DNA of 64,000 nucleotides from a virus: IMG/VR virus record IMGVR_UViG_3300042449_001328, positions 25,690 to 89,689 of that record; one strand, 5' to 3'. Shown piece by piece: positions 19,504 to 29,039 of this stretch (position 1 is its first letter; each line of letters starts with the position of its first letter). The notes under the pieces were generated by a model. It saw only the letters and a program-made list of their open reading frames with translations, ran no database searches and was not told where the DNA came from. The position numbers and the translations under genes were made by a program.

Positions 19504-20997
19504 TCAAACAACTGCTATTTCATAATACGTTCCTTGATTTCTTTCTAGTAAGAAAGCATCCGCATTAGAGATTGAACTATTAAATAGAATTGCCTCTCCG
19601 ATAACTCCAGCACCAGCTCCATTGCCTAAAGGACTTCTTGCTCCTATCGTCAAGTTGCCCGCAGTGCTACTCTCTCCCCCAGAACCAGTCGCTCGTACAA
19701 CCCCGTTTGTTCTTATATCATTCGCGCCAGCTGCGTATCTTCCAGTTGCAATAGAGTATGCGTTATTAGTAATATCTCCGTTGGATATATCCGCACCTGT
19801 TGTGTAACGCCAGTTAGTCGAACCAGATGGGCCGCCTAATGACCTTAGATTTGTGACTGTTGCTGTACTGCCCAATAGTGAAAAAAAATCCCTATCTGAT
19901 GTTACTTCTGAACGAGCCAAAACGTTCATTGTTTGTGGATTAGCTCCCCATAAGCTTGCATCTGCCGAGGTAGCCGTGTTGAATAACCATGTTGTAGCAC
20001 TGAAGCGTATAACAGGTTTGGTATTTTCAATATTTACTACACCACTCGTTACTATTTGTGGCTGGTTCCCTGCTGTTGTTTGGGTTGCGTTAAATCCATT
20101 TATTGATTGGTCGTACCAAGTCCTTACAAATCCGTTACCTTGGTTGGCTGTGGCTACTGTTTGTCGATATGTTTGAGCGGTTGCCCCTAGAGTTACTTGA
20201 GCACCCCATACGTATTTATTATGCCCAACCGTTCGAGTGGCATCATTATCTGCTGCGGCACTTGCAATAAGTGCTGCGTAGTCGGTTACCAAGGGAATAC
20301 TACCTGTAATAGACACCCTATACCATCCACCCCCCACATTGGTTATTGATGAGCTAGTATAAATTGCAACGCCTATAGCGTCCGCAGTTCCTATTGTCCC
20401 AGTGTCTAAGTTTACCCAACACCTAAATTGATTGCTTGGGCTTGTTATATGATACACACCAACTCTAACCCAAGTTCCTACAGTCGCTTTTTTAAGATAT
20501 ACCGAATGTGTAACCGTTAGCCCTAATGATAATCCAGCTATTGCTTGAGTTCTTGCACTATTTGTTGATGTACACGTTGTTAAATCAGCAGTCATCTGAC
20601 CATTTGGGGCTAAAGCGGCGTTTGTTGTAACTGTTTCACCTGCTCCTGATAATAAATCCCACGCGACATTTTCGAACTGTTCTGAATAGGTCAATAAGTT
20701 CTGATACCCCACGTGATTCATTAAATCCACTTGGTCTAAATCACCACTGGACGTAAACCCAATATTTGCCTCAGCATTATCTATATCCCTGCGTACTCTA
20801 ATAGCATTACCTGTATAAGCATTTCTTAGTCTCCTTAATGAGTAAGCAGCAGAAGATTGAATACTTATTAAATCTAATGGGGTTAGTGGTATTGTTAAAC
20901 TTTTATATAAAGTATATGGGGTAAAAATATTTACCGAAGTTGGTTTTTTCTTATCCTTAAAAGCAATTGTCATTGCTGACATTCTGTTTATTCTCAT
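19504..20997 (-). CDS. Head fibre/spike-like carbohydrate-binding-fold virion protein
   Basis: AAYSLRRL...AIRVRR, NLLTYSEQF, GGGWYRVSIT, WGAQV, TWYDQS..NATQTT..QP; late promoter at 21024-21035. Confidence 0.65.
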   Translation of the reverse strand: MRINRMSAMTIAFKDKKKPTSVNIFTPYTLYKSLTIPLTPLDLISIQSSAAYSLRRLRNAYTGNAIRVRRDIDNAEANIGFTSSGDLDQVDLMNHVGYQNLLTYSEQFENVAWDLLSGAGETVTTNAALAPNGQMTADLTTCTSTNSARTQAIAGLSLGLTVTHSVYLKKATVGTWVRVGVYHITSPSNQFRCWVNLDTGTIGTADAIGVAIYTSSSITNVGGGWYRVSITGSIPLVTDYAALIASAAADNDATRTVGHNKYVWGAQVTLGATAQTYRQTVATANQGNGFVRTWYDQSINGFNATQTTAGNQPQIVTSGVVNIENTKPVIRFSATTWLFNTATSADASLWGANPQTMNVLARSEVTSDRDFFSLLGSTATVTNLRSLGGPSGSTNWRYTTGADISNGDITNNAYSIATGRYAAGANDIRTNGVVRATGSGGESSTAGNLTIGARSPLGNGAGAGVIGEAILFNSSISNADAFLLERNQGTYYEIAVV

Positions 20998-21041
20998 AAA
21001 CTTTTATATATTCCCACAGTTATTAAAAATACTAATTTTAA

Positions 21042-23369
21042 CTACACTATGTTTAAATCGCTCACAAACGACTTTAAAAGCTCATTGTTCTCTTTGAAGA
21101 ATTGATCTATCAATGGCTTTATTTTGCTGTTAAATACCTCTTTAGATACATGATTATCATCTTTGTGGTATGGAACACCAACGCTTTTATATTTTACAAC
21201 ATCTTCGCCTTCAACATTGACCGCATGATACTGCTCCAAAGCTCTGGCAAAACATTCACAAGTTCTGTTCACATAATCGCTATCTGTCTTTTTGTTCAAA
21301 TTATTTCTGAATGTATTGGCTATTTTCCCAGCAAGTGAATTAAAATCATCTGACGCATAATGTCTGTTTTTTGAATTACCCAATTGATTGTCTAAGAAGT
21401 GAGCAAATTCATGAGCTAAAGTGAACCCAAACTTGCCATTTTCTTTATTGTCGCTTACACCGATTGCTTTCATTGATGGGTAATATAAACCTAAAGCATT
21501 TCTGGCGTGCATCATTTTATCCCCACTGTGGCTTATCTTTAGGCCAAACTTTTTCGATATTGATGACCTGTCCCCAAATGATTTGTAAACTTCGTTCAAT
21601 GAATTTTTTATCTGCTCAATTTGCTGCTCTTTTATTTCTTTTCCGTTTTGCAATTTCACTTTCACTCCATGACTGTCAAGTAAAGTGTTTTTTGTCCCAG
21701 AGTCACCGTAACTGGTCTCCCTGCCTTTATCAAAACTAGTGTTGTTCTCTTCTCTCTGTATACGTAAATCTTTTTTCCTCCACTGCAATTGATCTCTAAC
21801 CTCTTTATACTCAATGACACAAGGATCATCGTAACTGTACGATCTTTTGCCCATATCAAAAGGGGTTTTGTAATCCTTGTTTACAAATTTTTTATACATG
21901 TCAAAATTAGATTTCAACATACTGTTTTCATCTAATTGGCTTATCCTTTTGCCAGTAGGCAATTGGACAGGGGAATTTTTCATGTCTGGTATCTCTGCTA
22001 TCTTTGCCTCTTTTGGCAAACCCTCCCATTGTTCCTTAGTGTATTTTTTCTTCTGTTTTTCAGAAAGCCTTTTATCATAATCAAATGGATAATACATTTT
22101 TATTTTTTCATCACTCCATTCTGCTACTCTGGCCAGTATTTTCTTTGTTTCGTTTTCTTTCTTTTTGGCAATGATCGCTTTTGCAGTTTTTTGATAATAG
22201 TCTTGCATTGCTACCATTTGGTCTATCTGAACAACTGCATATTCTGATATATGGTTGTTCAATAATGCTCTATTATCTTCTTCCCATTTATTTTTATCAG
22301 AGTATTCATATTTTTTGCCAGATATTTCTATTGCGTATCCATCTTTTTCATTGCCCCACACATTTGTTGGTGAATCTAACTCCAAGTAGCTGTACTTGCC
22401 ATCAAGTATATCCCTTTTCAACTGTTCGTTGTTCAGCTTATAAGAAGATGCTGTTTTATTATATCCATTTGTGGCCAACAAATAGGTATCATCACTTAAT
22501 TTCACATAATCAAAAACAAAATTGTCCAACTTCCTTCCTGCAAAAACTGCAAGGTTTATATCTGGACACCAATTTGGTTTAGGCTTATCCAAAATACCTT
22601 CTTGTTCCACAAGCTGTATGTCCATTTGACTAATCAAGGTATAATCCAAGGCTTGTATTTTTTCACCCGATCTGGTTGTAAATTCCTTTACCTCAATATT
22701 GCTTTTTTGCTCTCCCTGTTTCTCTATGGTGTTGCTTACTGGAAGTTCACCGCTCTCTTTGCCAAACAGTTCTTTAACTGCCTTAAACCTGTTGCTTTCA
22801 GTAACATTGTTAATTATTTCAGAAGAATTTTCAACTGGAGGTATGCTTATCTCGCTTTCTGGCACTAGGGTATTGTTAACTTCATAACCTGCTTTATTAT
22901 CAATAATTGATACACCACTTACCTCAAGTTCTTTTCCGTCAACCGTGACGTTAGTACTAACATCAACTAAATTCTTTAATTCTTTTGCTTGTTCTTTCTG
23001 TACAGTCTCTTGATATGTTTCTTCTGGCATTTTTGAAATCAAATTGGACATGATTTCTTCTTTTGCATTTAACGGGAAAATCCAACCCCCAAGGGTCTTG
23101 TTCCAACTACCTATACCAACATCTGATTTTATTTTTCTCAGCAATTCTAAATTAGCATAAGTGTTGCCTGTTATAAGCAAAGATTTATCTGAATATCTTG
23201 TAATTTTTAAATCTAGTTTTGTATCCAGGGATTCGCCTAGTGGTAAATTTTCTTCTATCTTATCAGTACCTACCTCTCGGTACTGATAAAATGTTTTACC
23301 GCCCCTCTGTACTTTTATGTATTCGTACCTTTTGCCTTTTTGGATAGTGTCTAAAACAGACTGTTCAAA
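21042..23369 (-). CDS. Large polyvalent-type protein with C-terminal LPD1-like HExxH domain; probably the -1 frameshift continuation of 23351-25747
   Basis: LAHEFAHFLDN...YVNRTCECFARALEQY; frame open 63 codons upstream of the tracked TTG start to the T9 run with no ATG. Confidence 0.7.
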   Translation of the reverse strand, partial: FEQSVLDTIQKGKRYEYIKVQRGGKTFYQYREVGTDKIEENLPLGESLDTKLDLKITRYSDKSLLITGNTYANLELLRKIKSDVGIGSWNKTLGGWIFPLNAKEEIMSNLISKMPEETYQETVQKEQAKELKNLVDVSTNVTVDGKELEVSGVSIIDNKAGYEVNNTLVPESEISIPPVENSSEIINNVTESNRFKAVKELFGKESGELPVSNTIEKQGEQKSNIEVKEFTTRSGEKIQALDYTLISQMDIQLVEQEGILDKPKPNWCPDINLAVFAGRKLDNFVFDYVKLSDDTYLLATNGYNKTASSYKLNNEQLKRDILDGKYSYLELDSPTNVWGNEKDGYAIEISGKKYEYSDKNKWEEDNRALLNNHISEYAVVQIDQMVAMQDYYQKTAKAIIAKKKENETKKILARVAEWSDEKIKMYYPFDYDKRLSEKQKKKYTKEQWEGLPKEAKIAEIPDMKNSPVQLPTGKRISQLDENSMLKSNFDMYKKFVNKDYKTPFDMGKRSYSYDDPCVIEYKEVRDQLQWRKKDLRIQREENNTSFDKGRETSYGDSGTKNTLLDSHGVKVKLQNGKEIKEQQIEQIKNSLNEVYKSFGDRSSISKKFGLKISHSGDKMMHARNALGLYYPSMKAIGVSDNKENGKFGFTLAHEFAHFLDNQLGNSKNRHYASDDFNSLAGKIANTFRNNLNKKTDSDYVNRTCECFARALEQYHAVNVEGEDVVKYKSVGVPYHKDDNHVSKEVFNSKIKPLIDQFFKENNELLKSFVSDLNIV

Positions 23370-25747
23370 AAAAAACCGTCTTCTGACTTTTTTATTTTAG
23401 TCTTTGCTTGTTCTGCTTTCCTAATCTCTATTTCCCTTTTTGCTGCATTACTTAATGTAGGATCTGAATGTGATTTCATTTTCATCAAAATATCATTTGA
23501 CGTCCTACCAGCGTGTTCAGCTAGTTTTTCAGGTGAATGTTGGAATTTTCCCTTGCTGTTAGCTTTTTGTTGATCGTTATTTTCAGATTTAGAGATTAAA
23601 GTTTTTTTCTTTAACCTACTCTCCCACAAAATTTTACCGTCAGGGGTTAAGACATTATCATTTTTTACAAACTCTAGGCCATGTTGTTTTTCTGCTAATT
23701 CATAAAGCAATGAACCTATTCCTTGACCCCTATGATTTGGATCTACTTGTACAGTTGTAGCTATTAAATTCGGTTTGAATTTGTTTTTTATATAAGTCAT
23801 GTCTCCCACATGATTGTTACCTTTTTTAGCAATAATTTTATATTCATTGTCATCCAAATGCTTTATATGAAATGAAGCATTTTCTCCATTTTTAAGTTTT
23901 TTTTCATAAATAGGGTAACCTAAGTTTGTGTGACCTACAACAATTCCACCCCTATCCCCCTCAGCTTTTTCGAGATCGTTACTCTCACCCTTCTCAATTC
24001 CAAAATACTCTTTTAAGTGTTCTTTAGTGTCTTTAAATAAATCCGCTGCCATCCACTCGTTTACTGACATAAACTTTAATTGAGTAGCTTCGTTTTCTAA
24101 ATCAATGTTAGCTAGAGGTGAAGTGCCTAAGTCTTGATAGAAATTTATGCAGTAACCGTTTAATGTTTGACCTGTTGGCAATTGCTTAGTGTAGCATGGA
24201 ACTAGATAAGAGGATTTGTCAATGTCTAGATTTGTTTCTTCTTTGAATTCCCTGAATGCTGCTTCGTCTGGTCTTTCATCTCCGTCCACATGACCTCCAG
24301 GCAGCATCCATTGTCCGTTATCTTCTCTTTTCATTAAAAGCAACTTTCCTTCGTGGTCTGTGTAGATAATTGCTACATAGTCTCCTTCGGCTTTTTTTAG
24401 CTCGTTGCTTAATTCTTTCTTTTGCTTTTTAGCCTCTTTCTTTTGCTTTTCATCGTCATCCTCTTCTAGTATTTTTACTAGGTTCTTATGCTCTTCGATG
24501 AATTCATCTTTTGGGATTTCAACTTTTTCAGACTTTTTTATTTCACCTGAGATATGTTTTTTTACCGTATCTACTATTTGTTGTATAGAATCTCCTTCTT
24601 TAACATCTATATTTATAAACTCAACATTTGGGTGTTCTTTTTTTATTTCTTCAAACGAAGTCTTATTTCTCCTATAATCTGAATTATTAAAATCGCCTAC
24701 AGTAACATTGATTATCTTTTTCAACCCATCATCTTCAATGTCTGAATTAAAGTTGCTCCAATCAGGTGTATGGTCTTTCACCCTTATTCCTATATCTCCA
24801 AACCTAGCATAGCCTTGATTCCCTAACGGGAAACCTAATGAGGCTTGTATGTCAAATTCAGCTTTAACTTGATTTTTTTCATCTAAATCGTAATCTTTGA
24901 ATTTATGACCCGATAAAGCTGATTTAAAAGTAGTATGCCCTCTTACTCCACTTCCAATCCCTCCCTTACTCAACTCTATCTCCACAGCTAGTTGATATAC
25001 TCTTTCGGCTGATTCTAGGTCTAGGTTGTGAGATTTTTGGAGGTCGATTAGGATGTCGGCTTTAGAAACTTCCTCTTTTTCAACTTGAGTTTTATGGTAA
25101 TTTTCACTCATTCTATGAGCAGATTCATTAATGCTTGAATCTTTTATTTTACCATCACTGCGAGTACCATGTTTTTTATAAGAATCTGTTAATATTTTAT
25201 TATGAGCATTTTGAGCATCTATATGGTCTTGTTTTGAAAAACTCGCATAATGATCCAAAACTTTTGATTTTGTTCCAGGTTTTAAATGAGATTCATAAAT
25301 CGGTTTATTTGATTGCGTAGTCCCTATAACTTTTCCGCCTTTAGAACCAACGCCGCCTTTCTCAATTAGCTCCTCTAACTCCTTCTCAGCTTTTTCTATC
25401 CCTTCGTGAAACTTAGCTACCTTATTGATAAACTTATCTTCGTTCTTAGATCTCTTTTCTTGAAGGATTTGTTTTGTGGCTTGGATTTCTTCGTTGCCTT
25501 CTGATTTAACTAGGGCTTGATCGCAGGCTTGAATTTTAGATTCAAATTCCTGATCTATTTCATCGAAGTTTTCGATTGCTTTTTGCAAGTCCTCTTTGCC
25601 TAACTCAATTACCTCCTCCAATGCCTCTGCTTTGCGTAGTTCTATTTGATCGGCAGTAAGATTGTTGCCTTGTTCATCTTGGATAACAACTCCGGGGATT
25701 TCTTTGATAGTGCCAAAAGCATTACGGATAGTTGAAAATAAATTCAT
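23351..25747 (-). CDS. Modular putative internal head polyprotein with NUDIX and GNAT domains
   Basis: Nudix box GGHVDGDERPDEAAFREFKEETNL; GNAT motif A VDPNHRGQGIGSLLY; two IGHT-like modules; many xK/[AGS] linkers; late promoter 25780-25792. Confidence 0.8.
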   Translation of the reverse strand: MNLFSTIRNAFGTIKEIPGVVIQDEQGNNLTADQIELRKAEALEEVIELGKEDLQKAIENFDEIDQEFESKIQACDQALVKSEGNEEIQATKQILQEKRSKNEDKFINKVAKFHEGIEKAEKELEELIEKGGVGSKGGKVIGTTQSNKPIYESHLKPGTKSKVLDHYASFSKQDHIDAQNAHNKILTDSYKKHGTRSDGKIKDSSINESAHRMSENYHKTQVEKEEVSKADILIDLQKSHNLDLESAERVYQLAVEIELSKGGIGSGVRGHTTFKSALSGHKFKDYDLDEKNQVKAEFDIQASLGFPLGNQGYARFGDIGIRVKDHTPDWSNFNSDIEDDGLKKIINVTVGDFNNSDYRRNKTSFEEIKKEHPNVEFINIDVKEGDSIQQIVDTVKKHISGEIKKSEKVEIPKDEFIEEHKNLVKILEEDDDEKQKKEAKKQKKELSNELKKAEGDYVAIIYTDHEGKLLLMKREDNGQWMLPGGHVDGDERPDEAAFREFKEETNLDIDKSSYLVPCYTKQLPTGQTLNGYCINFYQDLGTSPLANIDLENEATQLKFMSVNEWMAADLFKDTKEHLKEYFGIEKGESNDLEKAEGDRGGIVVGHTNLGYPIYEKKLKNGENASFHIKHLDDNEYKIIAKKGNNHVGDMTYIKNKFKPNLIATTVQVDPNHRGQGIGSLLYELAEKQHGLEFVKNDNVLTPDGKILWESRLKKKTLISKSENNDQQKANSKGKFQHSPEKLAEHAGRTSNDILMKMKSHSDPTLSNAAKREIEIRKAEQAKTKIKKSEDGFFLNSLF

Positions 25748-25794
25748 CTTTGTTTTGTTGAAAGTATAATGATTGTATTTAAAAATACTAAAAA

Positions 25795-26517
25795 TCAGCG
25801 TTCGTATTTACACTTGTCAGGATACAAGTGTTGTAGCAATATTTGAATCTGTCCGCCCTCAAGGCCAGTGTCGCCTATTGAGAATACTGGAGAATCGGAT
25901 ACTGATTGTTTTAATTCGTTCAGCGACCTGTGGTCATTGATCTTTATGTCGTTGAACTGGACTTTATCTAAGTTCATCAGGTTTCCATATAACGACTTTA
26001 TTGTAAAACCATTACGTTCTTCTTCCCAAGGGATGGCTGAATTTATGTCTAGGAATGATTGCCTGTTGTACCTGATAGGGGTGTGGCAATCGAAGTTGTG
26101 GGTTGTGCTGTTTCTTGAAAGCAGGTGGTCGATGGTGTTCTTTACCGAAATCCTGTAACTAGATTGAGGGTTTGTCCTTGACAATAACCCTTCCAGTGAT
26201 TTGTTGTAGTAATTAGGGAAAGTGTCCGCTGAATGGTCTTGGTTTAAAAAGTGATCGTCATTGAAAAACAAGAAGGTATCACTGATGCTATGTGTGCTAC
26301 ATGCTTCTTTTATCTTGCTGAGTATGTTTTTCTCTTTGCATGGCGACCAATCGTCCATTGGTATGTGGATGCAGTTGTGTTCAAACCAAGGTGGTTCTCC
26401 CACTATATAGACATTGCCTACGTCTTTTAAATGTTTTTCTATTGACCTAAGTGAATATTTAAGTTCTAGGTCGTAGAATCGACTGCCTATTCCAAGGACA
26501 TATACAACGTCTGTCAT
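25795..26517 (-). CDS. Stealth-like / nucleotide-sugar transferase
   Basis: DVVY, ELKYSLRSIEKH..NVYIVGE.P.W, ISDTFLFFNDDHF, HTP motifs resemble Stealth conserved regions. Confidence 0.7.
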   Translation of the reverse strand: MTDVVYVLGIGSRFYDLELKYSLRSIEKHLKDVGNVYIVGEPPWFEHNCIHIPMDDWSPCKEKNILSKIKEACSTHSISDTFLFFNDDHFLNQDHSADTFPNYYNKSLEGLLSRTNPQSSYRISVKNTIDHLLSRNSTTHNFDCHTPIRYNRQSFLDINSAIPWEEERNGFTIKSLYGNLMNLDKVQFNDIKINDHRSLNELKQSVSDSPVFSIGDTGLEGGQIQILLQHLYPDKCKYER

Positions 26518-26533
26518 GAACGCATTATCGTAA

Positions 26534-26566
26534 CCCTATAACTTGATAAAATCAGAGGTTATAGGG
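26534..26566. terminator. Intergenic hairpin (possible terminator)
   Basis: CCCTATAAC...GTTATAGGG 9-bp inverted repeat; no strong U-tract. Confidence 0.4.
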
Positions 26567-26577
26567 AATAAGAAATT

Positions 26578-26889
26578 TTAGAAGCTAGAAGGGCCAGGGT
26601 TTTCAACCACTAAGGTCAGTATATTGGCTTCGTCTGTTTCTGAAACAAGAAGCCCTAATCCTCTCAATTGAGCTATGGCTACCAGTTCCTGAACAGTTGT
26701 TTCCTTCAATTGGATGTTTGACAAAATCTTTTGGTGAAAACTGTTTGTTATATTTTGAGGGTGTAAACCTTTTATTTCTAAAACGGTAAGGTTGCCCATA
26801 GCATCAGACAAACCAGTGATATTAGGCATGAAGTCTGTATATAATCGAACTCTTACTTGTTGGTCTGTAAAGGTGAATAGTTTTGCCAT
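26578..26889 (-). CDS. Hypothetical protein with its own late promoter (26911-26923)
   Basis: 103 aa ORF preceded by TTTAGTATTTTTA. Confidence 0.6.
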   Translation of the reverse strand: MAKLFTFTDQQVRVRLYTDFMPNITGLSDAMGNLTVLEIKGLHPQNITNSFHQKILSNIQLKETTVQELVAIAQLRGLGLLVSETDEANILTLVVENPGPSSF

Positions 26890-26960
26890 CGGTCTTTTTA
26901 GTATTGAAATTAAAAATACTAAATTTTTCTTTTACTTTTTAATCTCAACAATTAGTAAAA

Positions 26961-27596
26961 TCAAAATGGCAAAGAAGATGCTTGGACATAAAAAGCATCC
27001 CCCCAAGACTTATTGAGTGCCCATTGGGTCTGTACCCTTGTGAAACCAAATGCACCTAAATAGAAATCAACATCTTCGATCAAAGCGCAGCCAGCATATA
27101 GTTCTGCTTTGTTGACCTCAATATATACTGCCTGAAATTGTTTTAACAAATCCCCCATGCCCCTTAATGCCAATAGATCTGCGCCCTGCAAGTCTATGTT
27201 CAATAGATCGCAGTTTTTTAAATCCAATCCCAACTTATCTACCCTTCTCATTACTGTCTTGAATTCACTGATATAAGTCACGTCAGGATGTTCTACGCTA
27301 TGTAATTTTAAGTCCAATATTGAACTAGATTGACCTTTGTTGCTCGATACATGGAAGGTCACTTCTTTGCCCTCTTCATCTCCTATGCAATAATTGAATC
27401 CAGTTGCATCAGGGTACTTGCTCAAATTCTCTTTGAGTTTTAAAAATATCTCTGGATTGGCTTCAATCCAAATTTGTTTCTTTATACCCAATTGATCGTA
27501 TATAGGAGCTTCTTCACCTACATTTCCTCCTATATGTAGGACGCCTGTGAATTTCAAATCATAGTATGGGAAAAGTTTTCTAAAATCTATTAGCAT
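26961..27596 (-). CDS. FkbM-family SAM methyltransferase
   Basis: GVLHIGGNVGEE, WIEANP, LLNIDLQGADL..LRG, YIEVN, WGDAFY. Confidence 0.85.
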   Translation of the reverse strand: MLIDFRKLFPYYDLKFTGVLHIGGNVGEEAPIYDQLGIKKQIWIEANPEIFLKLKENLSKYPDATGFNYCIGDEEGKEVTFHVSSNKGQSSSILDLKLHSVEHPDVTYISEFKTVMRRVDKLGLDLKNCDLLNIDLQGADLLALRGMGDLLKQFQAVYIEVNKAELYAGCALIEDVDFYLGAFGFTRVQTQWALNKSWGDAFYVQASSLPF

Positions 27597-27784
27597 TTTT
27601 GTATAATCATTAAGTGGATAATATCGTTAATATTTGAAGTAGGTTTGTCTTTATAAGCAAACGAATAAACTGCTGATGTGGTCTCATAAATCCTATCCAT
27701 ACCCCAATCAACAAACTGTTTCCCATCTTCTTGTGGGACTATACCTTGTAGTTTAATAGATTTTAGTATGCTTAAATAATCCAT
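27590..27784 (-). CDS. Hypothetical protein
   Basis: 64 aa, tiled within operon. Confidence 0.5.
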   Translation of the reverse strand: MDYLSILKSIKLQGIVPQEDGKQFVDWGMDRIYETTSAVYSFAYKDKPTSNINDIIHLMIIQKC

Positions 27785-27789
27785 AATTT

Positions 27790-28365
27790 TTATTTTTTTA
27801 TAAACCAGAATGAAACCATACTATCATCTCCATTTTCAAATGTTGTGTGAATATCAGACATAGTATATTTATTGTTACTTTCAGATACAAAACATTTAAC
27901 TGCCTCATTAACGCCATATTGAGGACTTAAATAATCATGCCCTGAAATTACCCCTCCACTCCTTACTTTAGGATATATAGCTTTCAAATCAGCTAAACAC
28001 CCCTTGTAGCTGTGATCTCCATCTAAGTAGGCAAAGATAAGTGAATTGTCAGTTATTAATGGGATAGTGTCACTCGATTTGCCTTGATATATATATCTTT
28101 TGTTTTCAAAAGCGTTTGTTCTATACAATGCTTCTTTTAAATTATCGTCATGCCAGTTTTGTTCAAAGCCTCCGTCTCCTTTTTGATTGAGGGTTTGCCA
28201 AGCGTCAATCATGTAATGTTTGGTAACATTAGGCCAAGAGATAATGTGTTCACTAAATCGTCCTTCAGCTACTCCTATTTCAACAGAGTGACCTACTAGG
28301 TTATTGTGTATTAATAAGTTACAAAACTCTGTTCGGTAATTAAGTTGGTTTGATTTTAAGCCCAT
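27790..28365 (-). CDS. Class I SAM methyltransferase (Methyltransf_24-like)
   Basis: VEIGVAEG, YLDGDHSY, GGVISGHDY. Confidence 0.85.
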   Translation of the reverse strand: MGLKSNQLNYRTEFCNLLIHNNLVGHSVEIGVAEGRFSEHIISWPNVTKHYMIDAWQTLNQKGDGGFEQNWHDDNLKEALYRTNAFENKRYIYQGKSSDTIPLITDNSLIFAYLDGDHSYKGCLADLKAIYPKVRSGGVISGHDYLSPQYGVNEAVKCFVSESNNKYTMSDIHTTFENGDDSMVSFWFIKK

Positions 28366-29039
28366 CTTTTCTTTGCAAATAAATATATGTGTTCATATTC
28401 CACGTCATGGGTCTTTTTCAAGAACTCAATAGCGTTCATCAAATTTTGTTTTGCCTTCTCTTTCTCTATTCCCGTGAATGCGTGTGGATGGATTTCTGCT
28501 ACTAGGTAATCTACTCGGTCGGCTATTTCTTCCAATGATTCTTTATGTTCCCATATTGTATTTTCGTTGCCCTCTATGTCGATCTTCATTACCACATTAT
28601 CATCAGGGTAGCAATAATCGGTTAATAATTTATCTGGCATGATAAGCTCTACATTGGACACCTCTGCTCTGGGGTTGTTCTCCATATCTTGCTCATTGAT
28701 ATGATCACTGATCGATAAGTATTCTTCGTTTGATCCATTTGTAGCATCTGTCTTGTGCCAAGTTTTACCTCTTCCTATTGCTTTTCTAATTAAATGGCTT
28801 TTTTCAATTTTAGTATGTTCTAACCATACTTTTTGATTCTCAGGATTAGGTTCTACTGCTATTATCCAAGCATTAGGGAAAAGCTCGTGAGCAAATCTAG
28901 TAAAGCAGCCTACATTTGCCCCAAGGTCGAATATAATATTTGGGGTAAAGTCAAGTTGCCTAAGTCTATAACTATCATTGGTAACAACTTCTGCATACAA
29001 ACCCCTAAATCCTCCGTTTAAACTGTCTTCTAGTTTCAT
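28356..29039 (-). CDS. FkbM-family methyltransferase
   Basis: IFDLGANVG, IIAVEPNP, MKIDIEGNE, EIH. Confidence 0.85.
   Translation of the reverse strand: MKLEDSLNGGFRGLYAEVVTNDSYRLRQLDFTPNIIFDLGANVGCFTRFAHELFPNAWIIAVEPNPENQKVWLEHTKIEKSHLIRKAIGRGKTWHKTDATNGSNEEYLSISDHINEQDMENNPRAEVSNVELIMPDKLLTDYCYPDDNVVMKIDIEGNENTIWEHKESLEEIADRVDYLVAEIHPHAFTGIEKEKAKQNLMNAIEFLKKTHDVEYEHIYLFAKKRWA

Noticed and set aside
8603-26889. Two late proteins both ending in SSF
   Set aside because: Only three residues in two proteins; cannot be told from chance
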